Assembly: GCA_002633005.1 (NCBI GenBank)
Contig: NMRA01000525.1
Coordinates: 3,974-51,036 of the forward strand
DNA: 47,063 nt
Source of the DNA: Phoronis australis
Lineage: Eukaryota; Animalia; Phoronida
Direction of reading: 5' to 3'
Shown here: piece after piece, positions 22,132 to 35,145 of the stretch
Layout of the letters: each line of letters starts with the position of its first letter
Numbering within the stretch: the stretch's first letter is position 1
Translations under genes and position numbers: made by a program
Notes under the pieces: model-generated
Databases searched by the model: none
Told to the model about the DNA's origin: nothing
The model's input: the letters and a program-made list of their open reading frames with translations, nothing else

Positions 22132-25100
22132 GGTATAGTTTTAAAAGGCTCAAAGACTTAGACTCGCCGCTACACCGCTGTGTAGAATGGTTACTTTTCT
22201 TCCAGGACCTCTGTGACTGTGTAGCTGCTGCCGTTAACAGTTTCAAAGAACTATTTTCGGGAGCATTGAGAATCACTGTTCTTGCAAAGGACTTCAGCCA
22301 AGTTTGCTTTGCGTTTGTGGGACTTGGAAACAGTAACTATAAGCTGGGCCTAACAGCGTCTGTCGGATTTTTCCGTTGTATTTGAGTAAAAGTATTTCGT
22401 GTACCGTATTTCGGATACAGGAGCATGGCTCTAAATGTGCGCAAATACGACGACTGTTAAATCTTTTGAAACGTTCCCATGCACTGATTACAAAAACAAT
22501 TATTGTTGTATTTCATAAAGATTACTTTGGTACCTTTTTTTCGTGAAAACGACGTCCTGATTTTTATCTTAAGCATGTGATTTTGGGAGTCCCTCCAGCT
22601 AATGTACATGTACCTGAAACAAGGCCATGTTGTTCAGTGCAGTAACAAATCCATTACCCGGCAATGTCACTCTGTGCGTAAAAAACTCGTTTGAGAATGT
22701 ATCACTTACAGAGAGCTCGTGCCGTTGTAAGGTATTTTCCTAGGACGCCGCTGATGATCGAGAAAAGTACTTTTACACACATGAGTCGCAGTGCAGGATC
22801 GGTCCCACTAGGTGCGCCGAATACGGAATTGCAAGCCTGTCAGTTGTTGACGCGTATGGGTTTTACACCTGAAGGCGTACAGGCTTGACTTGTTCATGCT
22901 CTAACCTATTTCCTTACAGGACATTGCGCTGCGAAGATGCAAGTTTGCATCACGTGACCAAGCCTGCTCGGTCACAAGTCCAAGAAGAGGTTATCTATTT
23001 AGACTTGTACACACTCGTACTTTAAAAATACGGCAACTTGGCCTTTTCATCCAGTTTGCGATTATCCAGAAACTGGCAGAAGCTGGAGAACCCGTTACTA
23101 CATGCTGCTGTCTTGCTGTGAGAAAGTTGACATGAGTGATGCAATCAATAGAATTGACCCCCTGCCAGAAAAGAACCTTGTGACTGAGTGGGACTGATCA
23201 CTTATTGGAGTGATGAGTGGACAGTTTCATGTATAGCTTTTACCCTGCTTAGCATTTCCTTTTGGAGCCAATCATAAAAATTAATCCCTGATAAATATTC
23301 AAATAACAGGGAGGGATGTACTCACAAGTCACATTCAATGCGTGTATGTTTGCTCACTATCGTTAATGATTTTGAATTTAACAACTGATTTGGACCAGTA
23401 CTACTTTTTATTTGGGGCCACTATGCTGGAATATATCAATATTAACGTAAAACATATCACAAGCTTTGTCTGAAATTGTCAAGAGTTCAAAATGAGAGCA
23501 TTTGAAACTGCCATGTGTCTAACTTAGGACAGTCAAGTGACACCTTACGCACATTCTGAAAGCGAGTATACGAGAATACGTGCAAGCCTAGATTAACGCG
23601 CCAACGTATAAAATTCGTACGCGTTAATAACTGACAGACTTAGAACTCCGTAGTGGAACGCTCTGTCGATGGGCGAAATAACACACGTAAAAAGATTTTA
23701 AGCGTTTTAATGGTAGACACCTGCCTTGAATTCTGCGAATGTCTGACAGACAACGGCGAGAATTGGTGATTTGTAATAGAATCACAAAAACATACCAGAT
23801 TTTGTTGTTTTATAGCTCTGGTCAAAACTGACAACTTCAACAAGTTTAACATCACATTGAAAATAATCCCCAAAATGCATTTTGGCCGAAAAACGATAAT
23901 TCTCCTTTCGTAGATACGAAGCGGGGTGGATAGATGCATGGAGTTGGTGTTCTCAAAAAGTACGCATGCGATTTTGTCAGTTGTGAAACCTTGAAAGCGC
24001 AAAATGTTGTTTTATAGGATAAAATTGAGGCACAGGACGTACGCCAATGACGTTTTTCTATGTTACAAATTGATCAGGTATGTATAAATTGCATGCTACT
24101 GGTATTGTGCCATTTTACAACTGCTTCAAGGCCACGTGAATATTCATTTCAATCAATCATCATGACAGAATCTTAAATCACGCTCAAGACGTCAATGCGT
24201 GTATATAGACCTGTGCACCTACAGAAACGTAAGTTGAGTGATATTGATCCAAACACGGTAAAGTATTGTTGCAGGAAGATCCGAAACTGCCCTCTGGAAA
24301 CACCAATCGCGTTCTTGTTTTCGTCTTACGAAAACGTACTTAGCTCGTAAAATAGTAGCTTAAAAGGGCGCTAAAATGTAGTTTTATCTTCAGTCAAAAG
24401 TGTCTTTACCAAACTTGGCTACAAGGGTTGTTATTTTTTAATCCAGGGGGAGGTTGAGTTGTTTTGGCAAGGGTGGCATAGATATACTTAAGGGGGTTTT
24501 AAAGTCGTTGATCGTCTATTGCAGAATTACCATAGATAGATTAATGACACCTTTGTCAAGATTTCTCATTATATTGATAGTTATGCAACTTTGATATCAT
24601 AATTGTATTTAATATACTGTTAATAGTGGGCTGTGTGGGTCATTTGTTCAGATTATGGCTGACGCTCTTTTTCACTCCACCCCTTTTTGAAACTCGACCG
24701 TACCCCGAGAGAAGCTGGTTGCGCCCATATAGTGAGTAAGTTGTTGGCCTTCACGACGAGATCTTTCGTCAGGCAGAAACTGTATTGACGATAAAATCTA
24801 ATCAGATCATAAAACCAGTATTTTCAATTCCTTTCAATGTACTTTTGTCTCCGTGAACACAAAAGACCGAATAGGATCGATACACACTCGTTCAAACAAA
24901 TAGCAACAGTGTTCAATACAAGCAGCTGCATAGCTCATGCAATATGTAGCTTGCAGCGCCAAGAGTGAAGAGTAGGTGGGCCAACTACGGATAGCTCTGC
25001 TTATTGGGAGTATTTATAAAAATTGTACATATCGTTCAAACATGCTCAATACCTGTATAACTTAGCCCGAGCTTAAACCAGTGGGTAAAATATAGGCCTA

Positions 25101-26830
25101 TGAATGATTAGATTTGCCAGATTTTGGGCGAAGCTGGTGGTACTCACGAAATTCTGGATGCGTGTGGTGGCGTGTTGTGAGCGTCTTCCCAGGCTTTCAA
25201 CGTTTGCGCGACAAATGCTTTCTAGTAATTCCGATGTCAAATCAGTGAAACACAATCTGTAAGACTTCGGCTAAAAACTTGGTGAGGACCCACTTGACAC
25301 CTCAACTTTGAATTCACAAACAGTGAACCCAGGCAAAACAAACAGTGAAAATGTCAATAATCCGCTGCTGGCGTATAGAGCCTATAACCGTCTTCCCCAG
25401 GGTCTATACACACGTTTTGTATAACGTAAGTCATCCCGTGGTGCGAATAAATACTGGGTGCTCCGAAACACATGGAAGCGGATTCGTTCGTCTGTTCGTT
25501 TGGTTCTACCGTGGGTGCTTTTCACTATAATTTTGACGAGGGCGGAGCAGCTGGAAAATAAAGATAGTGTAGACCGGAGCTAGTTCAGCCTCATTTTCGA
25601 AAAATAAAAATTTCTCATCACTCAGCTTCATTTCTGAAAACTGTGAAATTTTAGGAAATTTCAGGGAGTCTTTTTGGGATATGCAATTGGTGATTTCCCT
25701 TTAACTTTAACGGTGCAATTTGCATTGGAAGTGATCAGGTCCAAAAGGCCGAACTTCGGCACACAGATATCCATACTTTGACTCCTAGTTTGTCGTTCTA
25801 TTGCAATTACGAAACATCTAAACAAAACGTGACAGCTGTGTTTGTGCGCGCACCGGCACATGCATGTACGTGCACGTGCGTGTGCCCCCGTGAACTTTGG
25901 AAAATATATTGAAATATTTAAGAATTTTGCTTTTACCCCGAATAATTTATCACAATAGAATCACTGTAGTCTGTGAAACATCAAATTTTATAATTCTTAT
26001 GGAAAAATGTGTTCAACTATAGGCCGCTTCTGCTAAAATCGCCGAGCCTCTCTGCCAGGGTTGCAAGGAATGTCGCGTGGCATCTCCTTGTAGGGTTCAA
26101 AAATGAATATTTTATCCCATATGCGTTGAATAAGTTGACTGCAATACGACTATGTGGTATTGTTTTCCTTATTACACTGCCGGGACTACTTTAACAGTGT
26201 ACCTGACATGGAAAGTTCAAAAGGAAGGTCAATGTCGACTCGACGACAATACTGGCGGTTCGATCATCAAAATTTCTCAAAATATTTTAAAGTAATAAAG
26301 TTTCAGCAGCATAAATAACACTCAACATGCAATAAGGTCCCGGATGTAACATCTGGCACAAAACTGCTAACTACATGACATGACTTCTGTCTCAGTTTTC
26401 AATTGCTAAATATTATATCGTCTGCAACTCAGGGGCCGTACCTCGATACGCAGAATAATGTCTCGTGGGATATTAATTCAATTATACCACTCTCCTTACG
26501 TTTTGTGTATGTATCTTGTTGAAGCACATCGCTGAACCTAAATACATGTGCAAAAAAAAATGGTGAAACCTGTGACAATTTACGAGAAAAAGAACCTGAA
26601 ACGGAAGCGTGGAATTTGCTACAAGTGCAAAAGTTGAATATTTGCTTCCCAATTTGATGTGTTCTTTCAGAATGTCGATATTTTGAACTCACCGGCAGTG
26701 ACAGTAACCGTAACGTGATTATTGACAAGTTGCACCAATGCTGATTTTTTTTCTTTTTTGTGCTAGATATATCCAATTTCCTAACATGCCGGGAAAGCTC
26801 GGACTCCCCTCCCCAACCACTTATAAAAAA

Positions 26831-27044
26831 CTAATTCCAAGCGGTCTGATACACGTTGTAACAGGTGTGCGCATGCCTCTCAGGTAGGCCCAGTTTTATG
26901 CTTTGTTGAGATATAGTTAAAACCGAGCTGAGGAACTGGAGACCTGACACAAGGGTCTAGCTGTGTGCCCCAGTGGGATTCGAATCCACGACCTCAAGCA
27001 AAGGAAGCGACAATTGCCCCACTAAGCCTTACTGCCTCCTCCTA
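26831..27044 (-). mobile_element. Full-length tRNA-derived SINE with a ~19-bp TSD
   Basis: Minus-strand A-box AGGCTTAGTGG and B-box GGATTCGAATCC; flanked by CCCAACCACTTA(T/G)AAAAAA at 26812-26830 and 27045-27063. Confidence 0.85.
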
Positions 27045-28296
27045 CCCAACCACTTAGAAAAAAGAAGTCGTTTGTTGTGAACTTCAGTTGAAATGTAACC
27101 TGTCCGTCCATTTCTTTCCACTACACTACTCTTTTGTAAGGCTTAATTCCCGACACCAAAATTCTTTGCAGAGATTCTTTAAGCACAAAAATACTTCTTT
27201 TACTTGAAAAGGGAAAGCGTTATAATTCTGTAGAAGGAAAACTGACTGTGGAAGAGTCTTCCTTCAGCTGCACGTGCCGTGGGGTCTGGCCACGTTCTGC
27301 CTGCTTTATTTGAGCGTGAGAGTTGTGCCCGGCAGCAGATTCAATTTTGTAAACCTATCACTCTTGACGAAACAAATACACGTATCACTGCGCAGGCCGC
27401 TGGCACCAAACATAACCACTGGAAAGATTCCGCAGCGTGAGAGGTGCGCTCTATTTTAATCAAAAGCCTGTCTTGAACACTAGTTCTCCCGTCACAGTAG
27501 TAGGCTTGCGATGCTGTTGTTATTGGATTGACCACGTATATGTAGAACAACGCAGTGTTGCATTGAACAGCGATCATAACTCATACAAAATCTAACATCG
27601 CCTCTTGTTGCTACACAGCAGTGTCTCATTGCGGCCGCCGGCACCAACTCGGACGTCGGTTCCAGCATTGTTTCTCATCCTCACAACTTAAGCGATTCAC
27701 TGAATTTGATCCTTACGTATCTGTTTAATAGTTTTCTCATAAAATATTTTCACAATACTACGGTTGAGAGATCAATATGGTCAGTTATCGAACTAATGCG
27801 GTAAAATTGCAGAAGGTGGAGCTTGCCCTTAAGATATCTGATGGCTTCTGATGCACTTTTATTACGTAGATACCCTTGATGACTTGTTTGGAGGTGGCAG
27901 TATTTTGATTATCGTGTGGAAAGGTTTGCACGATATTTACGTAGTCGAGTAACCTAGTTATTCTGGAGGTGGCACAACCCATCATGGGGTTATTTTTGAA
28001 TAGGATAAACTTCTTACTTTGTTGTGTTTTTGTGATTTTATTACAAATCGTCATTCTCTCAGTTGTCTGTTAGGCATTTGCTAAAATCTTTACCATTATT
28101 CTTAAATTCAAAAACAGCCTTAAAGGAGAATGACACCCGATTTAATTAGTCTTTTTTTACCGTCTTGATTGGTCTATATCCACATCGCCTCGTATACCTT
28201 CGACCTTACCTTGCCGAGAGGTGTCGCGTGAACCTGTGAGGAAGGTGAGAAACGACGCAGCGACGTCAGTGGTTCATTTGCAGTGTGAATGCCGCT

Positions 28297-28485
28297 ATGT
28301 TGCGGTGCATCGTTCCCGCTTGTCCAAAGTATGCAGCTGCGAGGAAAGTAGGTATATCGTTTTTTCGACTTCCTCGAGAGTCCGAAATGCTTAGGAAGTG
28401 GCTCGCGGTAGTGAAGAATGAAAAGTACGCTGTTAATAGCAAGTATGAGGCCGTGAAACATCTCCGCCGGTGTCTGTGGCCAGTG
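28297..28485 (+). pseudogene. THAP zinc-finger N-terminus of the transposase (frameshifted, truncated)
   Basis: MLRCIVPACPKYAAARKVGISFFRLPRESEMLRKWLAVV shows C-x4-C, FF.LP and W. The remaining C-x2-H is visible as KYLRVCGGH in copy 2. Confidence 0.8.
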
Positions 28486-28503
28486 AGTCTGACGAATGCC
28501 GGC

Positions 28504-28672
28504 TTACCAAAGTACTATCCATACGTTCCGTTGTGCATGTTCACGGCGCCTCTCTAGTATTCCTTGATCACTACATTCTGGTTCGAACTGATAGCCTGTG
28601 AAACTTAACGATCCACCTGCGAAGTCTTCGTCGGATGAGCTCTCGCCAAAAGTCGGGATTGCGAGTTGCCAT
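28504..28672 (-). pseudogene. N-terminal relic of a convergent second transposon gene (Kolobok KolX / P2X7-ballast-like)
   Basis: Removing one T gives MATRNPDFGESSSDEDFAGGSLSFTGYQFEPECSD: an acidic stretch plus a YxFEP motif. Confidence 0.5.
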
Positions 28673-29599
28673 GTTGACGTCACTATTCTGCGTTCTGTTT
28701 CAAAATGAATTATTGTCACCCTGACCAATGCTTATATAAAACTGAAACAAAGTCTGTCTCATTAGATACAATTTGTAATGCCTCTGGAGTATTCGTGAGT
28801 GCAAATGTTTTGAGAAGCCAGCAATGAACAAACCACTGCGTTACCGGCTTCAGATGCAATGAAGGTAATTGACCAGGCACCGAGGCCGTATAAGAGTATG
28901 CTAATTCGGTGTTTGCTGACAGAAACTTGTTGTGAAACAATAACTCTATTTTAAGTCTTTATGTATTCCTGTTTATCAGAGATTCCACCCAGTTTTATTT
29001 GACACTGTCAAGACATGGAAAAGTATGAAATCTAGAGAATTACCCCCTGACTTGCTGGGATTTTTTGAAACCCTTATACATTCAGTATAAATTTAAGCAG
29101 AGCTGGAATGTGCGAATTTGAGAGTGAATGTGTTTGTGTTTGTTTTTTTCTACTGTATTCCATTGTTAATTTCAGTTTATGCAAATAAACTTATTAAAAA
29201 AATCGATTTTACATGCTATGGTCACATGTTAAGAGAATCTTTGTTTAGATATACAAATACATTATTCACATCATTGTAACTGTACAACCTTTGCCCTGAC
29301 GGTTCTGTAAAAGGGCAACTTAACTGACTTTGCGGCCCCCGACAAGTAAGTATACATTTGCAGTTTTGTGGCTAATTCACCAAAATAGTTACGTGCACAT
29401 TATTTCTTCGGCTCACTAGTATAGTCTTTTCGTGACTTCAGGTTTAGTTTCTAACTTTTAAAAGCTGGTATACGTTCGTGATTTCCAGTCCCAGCGGCCG
29501 CGACGGGCCTGATCGGGTTCCGAGGCACTGGCTGGGATAACATGCGTTTTGTGTCTATAGAACTGAAAAAATCGCAAGTCTAAAAGTACAAAACACAGC

Positions 29600-29811
29600 C
29601 AGTGGCAGATCTAGGTTTTCAGTTTTTCGAGCGAATCCGAGGCACGTAGCGCCGAGCGCAGGAAAGGTCGGAAACCCCCTCCCGTGTAAGATTTTTTGTG
29701 GTTTTTAGTAGTTGATTTCGTTTTTCTAGCGAAATTTTTTTCAATTTTTATTTTTGACCCTGTCAAGAGGGGGGTTTGAAGCCCCTGAACCCCCCTGTAG
29801 ATCCGCCTCTG
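29600..29811. mobile_element. hAT-type MITE, 212 bp, perfect 5-bp TSD ACAGC, inserted in Kolobok-like copy 1
   Basis: ACAGC|CAGTGGCAGATCT...AGATCCGCCTCTG|ACAGC; absent at the equivalent site (~45567) of copy 2. Confidence 0.9.
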
Positions 29812-31972
29812 ACAGCTATCTTTCATGTCTGCATTTCACGGTAGATTGGTTCGACTTTATCACCAAAAAGACCCCAACTCCCGTGCTCAACCATGATAAA
29901 TTGGCCTACCGAACCTAGGAGTCTACACTCCTTGACCGAACTCTGTAGGTTACCGTACGTTCAAATACCTATAAATCCGTAACAGTGAAATAAAACAACA
30001 CGTTTGTTCAAGAACTCGATGTATTTGTAAGGGCTTTACGTCGAAATTTGATGATTTGTTTATGTAATACGACGCATTCAAGCGATAAGTTGTAAGCGTG
30101 TTGAGAACGGCTAAACAGACTGCATTCGAACCCATTACGTCATTGGTTAATTTCAACACCTCCCTCTGCCGTCAGGTGTAAGGTAAAACAACGGAACTTG
30201 CTGTTATCGAGTGGAGTACTTTGCTTATGCAACGCCATAGATTTGGCTCTGTGTCAGAGCGTGCGGATGCCACCGTGCGGAGTCAATGGGTTGGGTTCCG
30301 CACTGCGACTTATTTCTGTAAAATCACTTTCTACCAATGTCGCTTTAAGACCTACCGCAGAAACTACTTTAAACGTTTCACCAACAATAAGGTAATCTCA
30401 TTTAAGTTAAATGTCTCTAATTAGAAAATACCAATATGTGCAGGTTAATTACAATTTCTATAAATACTCCGAAAATTGTGAAATGTTAGCAATGAATTGG
30501 CAAAAAATTCCTTCAGTTGTAGGGAAGTGGAAACATAAGACAAAGTGTCTGACTGATGTCTTTAGCCACTAATCATAAAACAGACCTTTAGTGAATAATT
30601 TTCTGTTTAGGTAGAGAAGAGAAGTGTGCCACTAGACAAAATAAGTTGAGTTAACGCTCGAATCGTTTTCTGCATACCCTGTACTAAAAACTGACATTTC
30701 AGATCTTACACAACAGTTAATCAACATTCGCGTCATCTGCGGAACACGTCGTTAACTACGCATTGTCTTTTTACGCACGGCGCAGTGGGCGAGCGACGGA
30801 GGAATTATTAAGTCGAGAGGTAGTCTTGCTTGCACGAAAAATAATTAGCAACAGCGCACAGTGACGGAATAATATGATATGTGCTACAGCGTAATTAGAA
30901 ATCCCTTGAAGGGATTGGTTGTCATTTTTCCAATACTGTGTTAATGACGTTCGTTTCTTGATAATTTGGATCGTAATCAAAACATATTATTTTTAGTTCA
31001 TTTATATTTTGTCATGAGCTACGAAGGCAGATCAGCTGGGAAACATATTCAATTTGAAAGTAAATTGAGCGGACGCTTTTCCCTGGAGTCACGTTTCCTG
31101 GATTAGGTCACTAGAAAACACGTTTTGCTGTCAAAAACTACTTTCATCACAAACGAATACTACCAGAGCAACAATCACTGTGTTATGATCCTGTACTTGA
31201 ATTGAAATCGGTCGCAATGATGGCTGCCATTTTTTCAGCGGCTGAAAACAAGGGTCTTCAGGGGCAATAACGAACTATCAGTTGTTCTTAAGTTTACAAT
31301 GTACTGAGTAAACAACAAGAGGAGATCGATTTTATAACGGTTAATGGCCACATCACACGTTGTTATTTGACCGATGTCGTTAGTTTAGAATATGTTGCTT
31401 CTTAACTGAATGTTCTCAAGATGACAGATTACGTATAACAGTTATAAACTATGTAAGTAAGTAAATTTTAAATCGGCGTAGAAATGTACGCAAACATTTT
31501 TAGGTGTGGTCAACACGTCATCTGTTGGCCACGTTATGTGCATTTCTAAACTACAAATTTTACACACCCATATTTAAACAAACAAACAAGAGCAAGAATT
31601 TTAAATGTCAGATAAATGACACATAATTAAGGTTTTCATTACTGAATGCAGTTTGCTTGCTCCTTAAAGTGTTTAAAACCACCGTCTAGCTTGTTGACAA
31701 GTGACTACATTGTCAGAATCATTAAACCTTTCTTTATAGCACAACGGTAAATTCGACATCAGAAAATGGAAGGAACGCGACTCTAATTGAAAGGTTCTTA
31801 GCTCCACGTATAAACGTACACAGCACTAGAGTGTCATGTCCACCAACGTGTGCGTGTCATGTACAAGCGTGTGCCACCTCCCGGAGCTTCTGTAATGTTC
31901 TGCGAGAAAGTTCACAGTGACCGCCGTCTGTGGTTGAACTTCAGACGGTGAAGCTCCTATAGGCTCTTCATA

Positions 31973-32108
31973 CACAGGCGGATTTAGGGGGGAGGGCCGG
32001 GGGCCCCCCCCCCCCCCCCCCTTGGCTGCCGCAAAAAAAAATAAAACAGCAAGAGCGTTTCAAATGTTGAGTTTATTAAATAACCCCGGTAATTAAAATT
32101 ATACGGCG
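31973..32108 (-). mobile_element. Solo terminal fragment of the 11019-14045 element
   Basis: Reverse complement of 13913-14045. Confidence 0.8.
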
Positions 32109-32552
32109 AATTGTGCTTCACACTGATTAAAACGTCAAAGCCATGTTGTTACAAGTACCTTTTGCGCATAGAGGGACACTTTAAGAGGTCCGCGTCGATG
32201 TATTTAATTCCTTCCAACTCAAACAAATACTCCAGTACTGAATTAAACTTTTTCTTCAAGCAGTCCTTCGTTCATAGGCCCAAATCGGCAATTGGCCATT
32301 TTTAACACTGCGCGCGGCAGGTGGTATGACGACATATCCCGTAGCGTGCGCTGTGTAAAAATGACCAGTTTCCGATTTTGGGAACTGAACGAAGGACTAT
32401 TCTGCGAAGAGAAAGTTTGATTACGGGAATATTGTTCGAGTTGGAAGGAATTAAAGACATTGATGCCCTCCTAAGGTGTCCTTTTATGCGCAAAAGGTAC
32501 TTATAACAACATGATTTTGAATTTTTAAATCAAGGTGAGTCATAATTCACCG
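32104..32552. mobile_element. Foldback palindromic element, ~450 bp
   Basis: Arms such as CATGTTGTTACAAGTACCTTTTGCGCATA / TATGCGCAAAAGGTACTTATAACAACATG and TTTAATTCCTTCCAACTC / GAGTTGGAAGGAATTAAA; centre ~32328. Confidence 0.9.
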
Positions 32553-32603
32553 AAAAGCTTCCAGCGTATGAAGCTCCTATAGGCCACTTAGAGACGGTGG
32601 CCA

Positions 32604-33167
32604 CTCGCTGGTTCCCTGCGTGCCGCTAGGTGGTCGGTAGCCAGCACGCAGGTATCACTTAATTTTCTTCGGGAAATTTTTTACACCGGCGTTTCTGATT
32701 GGCTAGTCGAATTCTCAACAGGCAGCGCTTTACGCAAACAAACTGATATGACTGATGGACAGAAATGTAAATGTGGTCTTTTGTACAGACAAATCGGTGA
32801 GATTTATGTTCAGGAAATGTGAATCATAGAAATTGTGGTTGCGCCTTTTCGGAGTGCATCTTTCTATTGTTGATGACTTTTGTTTACGACACTGCCTTGT
32901 ATTCATACAGTATGAATAACACACCGGTTAAATCGGCCACATATGCGTTTATTGCCCTGTGACTAAAGCACCCGGCTATTAAACATCACTGCAGGAACGA
33001 TGCCACGTGCATGACAAGGCTAAAAATCGTTAATTTTACAGTTAGCCATTTTTTCACGGTGTTGTAAAGCTAACCAAAGGCTGCCGAGGTTACATCAACC
33101 AATGCTAAAGCGCGCGTGCCACTGCGTGATACCTGCGTGCTGGCTAGGCACGTAGGGGACCATCGAG
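32604..33167 (+). mobile_element. MITE family D, copy 2 (longer)
   Basis: Same TIRs and body as 8591-8977, with ~170 extra bp. Confidence 0.85.
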
Positions 33168-33906
33168 GGTTAGTAGATATCCCTTCTGTGCACTGATTGG
33201 CCGTAGATGACATTCACTGCTTACAAGAGCGTCATAAGAAACCTTCAAACATATTAATTTCTAAACCATTTCTTGAAGATGATTTCCTTACTTCCATGGT
33301 GTGATAAATTTGATCATCTTTTCCAGAAATTAAACAAGATCTAAACGCAAATTTTAACTATTTTCACAGGCGTTTTTGTTGCTACCAAAGCAGCAGGCGA
33401 CACTGCTTTCGTTATTGTTTGAAATAAAGGGTGCTCACGTACTTATTGTCAATTCTGATTGATTGAAAGCACCAAAGAAATTATGCAGCATTTGAATTCA
33501 AATACATCAATTTTTTTAATGAGCTACATACCTGTAAGTCTAAATTGCTGTATAAATATTGCAAATTTTGATTTTTTGTATTATATTGTAGCAAGTTTCA
33601 GGGGTGATATAACTTAAAATCACTCGTGATCTTCCAGCGAGTTCCGTAAAAAATGTGTCAGAATTCTGTCAGGTAAATTTCTCCTCACCAAGCCTCAAAT
33701 GGCTAAACCGATCAACGCCGGCCATCTTGAGGCTTGGGGGCGACGATGATCCACCGCATGCTCATATACGGATTTATAGCAACCACCACAAACCGAGCGC
33801 CTCGCCATTCTTTATTATAGCATGCCACGGGAAAACAAGCAGCGACATCTGACGATTTTTCACACAAACGAAAATGGAGGATGACTAATGCTGTGATTGG
33901 TTGTCC

Positions 33907-34090
33907 CGCCTCCCGTTCAGTAACGCTAGGACCTCGCTAAAAAGCAAGACTTTGCGAGATTACGTGAGATATTGCCGTGTATTTTGAATGAGAGCACGTG
34001 ACTTTGACTAGGTTTTAGCTAGGTCCTAGCGTACATGTAGATCCTAGCGTAGGTCCTAGCGTAGGTCCTAGCGTCTACTGAACGCACCGC
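33907..34090 (-). mobile_element. MITE family A, copy 4, with expanded TAGGTCCTAGCG subterminal repeats
   Basis: Matches the other copies; four 12-bp subterminal units. Confidence 0.85.
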
Positions 34091-35145
34091 GGTTGTATAC
34101 GTAACGACCAACAAATGTTCGCAACTCGTGATCAGCTAACATATAGTCAGATAATATTTGCGGGTATTCTAATTTGACAGCTGATGCGCTGTTTATTGTT
34201 TTTTTTTTTTTTTTTGGAGTTTTGATATGAAATTGGCGATTCTATGCACTTTATCGTGATGAACCTTTCAACGCACACAAAACGCAAGAATTAGTTGGGG
34301 GTCCGATCGATAGTCCAAAGGCCTGTCCTTAGGTCTGATGGATCATTGATCCGAAGGGCTGTTAGACCGAAATAAATTATGAAATTCTCACATGCGCATG
34401 CTCACATGGTCCCGAGAGCCAGATTGTCAGAATAAATATTGATTAAGTAATTAGTACAGATGGTTCCATTTAAGTTGCCCAAAATTTCTGCATATGTACT
34501 TTTAAACCATGGGGTCAAACTTGCTTACACGCATTTTGGACATCAAGATCTATTTTTAGATGATGTTTACTGCTTTGTTTCTGGGGTCAATGCACTCTAA
34601 AGATTCTAGAAATTTCTGAGAGCAAATCGTAACAGCCAATGATATGATTGGACAACATCATGTGGTTTTTATTAGCCAATCGTTAAGTAACTACATTATA
34701 ATAATTTGGGCTGAGGTTTGCTGAATGCTCACTTGAGATTTAGTAGTCGAAGCGAGGAGAATTGATACAGTGTACAGAAGAAATTGTACAACAGAGCCAT
34801 CTCGTGGAAGATTCTAAAGAGGATCTTGTAGTGGCAAGGGCAAGGGTTTGGTGTCACTGAACAGTTAGGCTGTAGCCACAGGGTATTTTCTAGTGGCCTA
34901 GAATAAACACAGGGCGTGTGTTACGTTTGGCTGGAGGTTTGAGGAATTTGTTGAAAAAAGTTGCCAGGAAACTGATTTACTTGTGTTTTTGACTGAGAAA
35001 AGCCAAGTATTTTAGCCGTGACCCACTTTCCGTGCAAAATGGTGGCTGTCGCTTGCTTTTAACCCCTGTCGCCTACTGACTGAGAAAACGGGTGTGATTT
35101 CAGATGGCTGTCAGACAGATCCAAATTGCGAAAAAAGTAGCTAGT

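Larger units (their letters stand above)
28124..30220 (+). mobile_element. Kolobok-like THAP transposon deletion derivative, copy 1 (right end not located)
   Basis: TTAA|AGGAGAATGACACCCGA left end; collinear with 44589-46001. Confidence 0.8.

Noticed and set aside
25523-26199. Transib/ProtoRAG-like element with CAC...GTG ends
   Set aside because: Only a short imperfect terminal match, no TSD and no RAG-like coding sequence.
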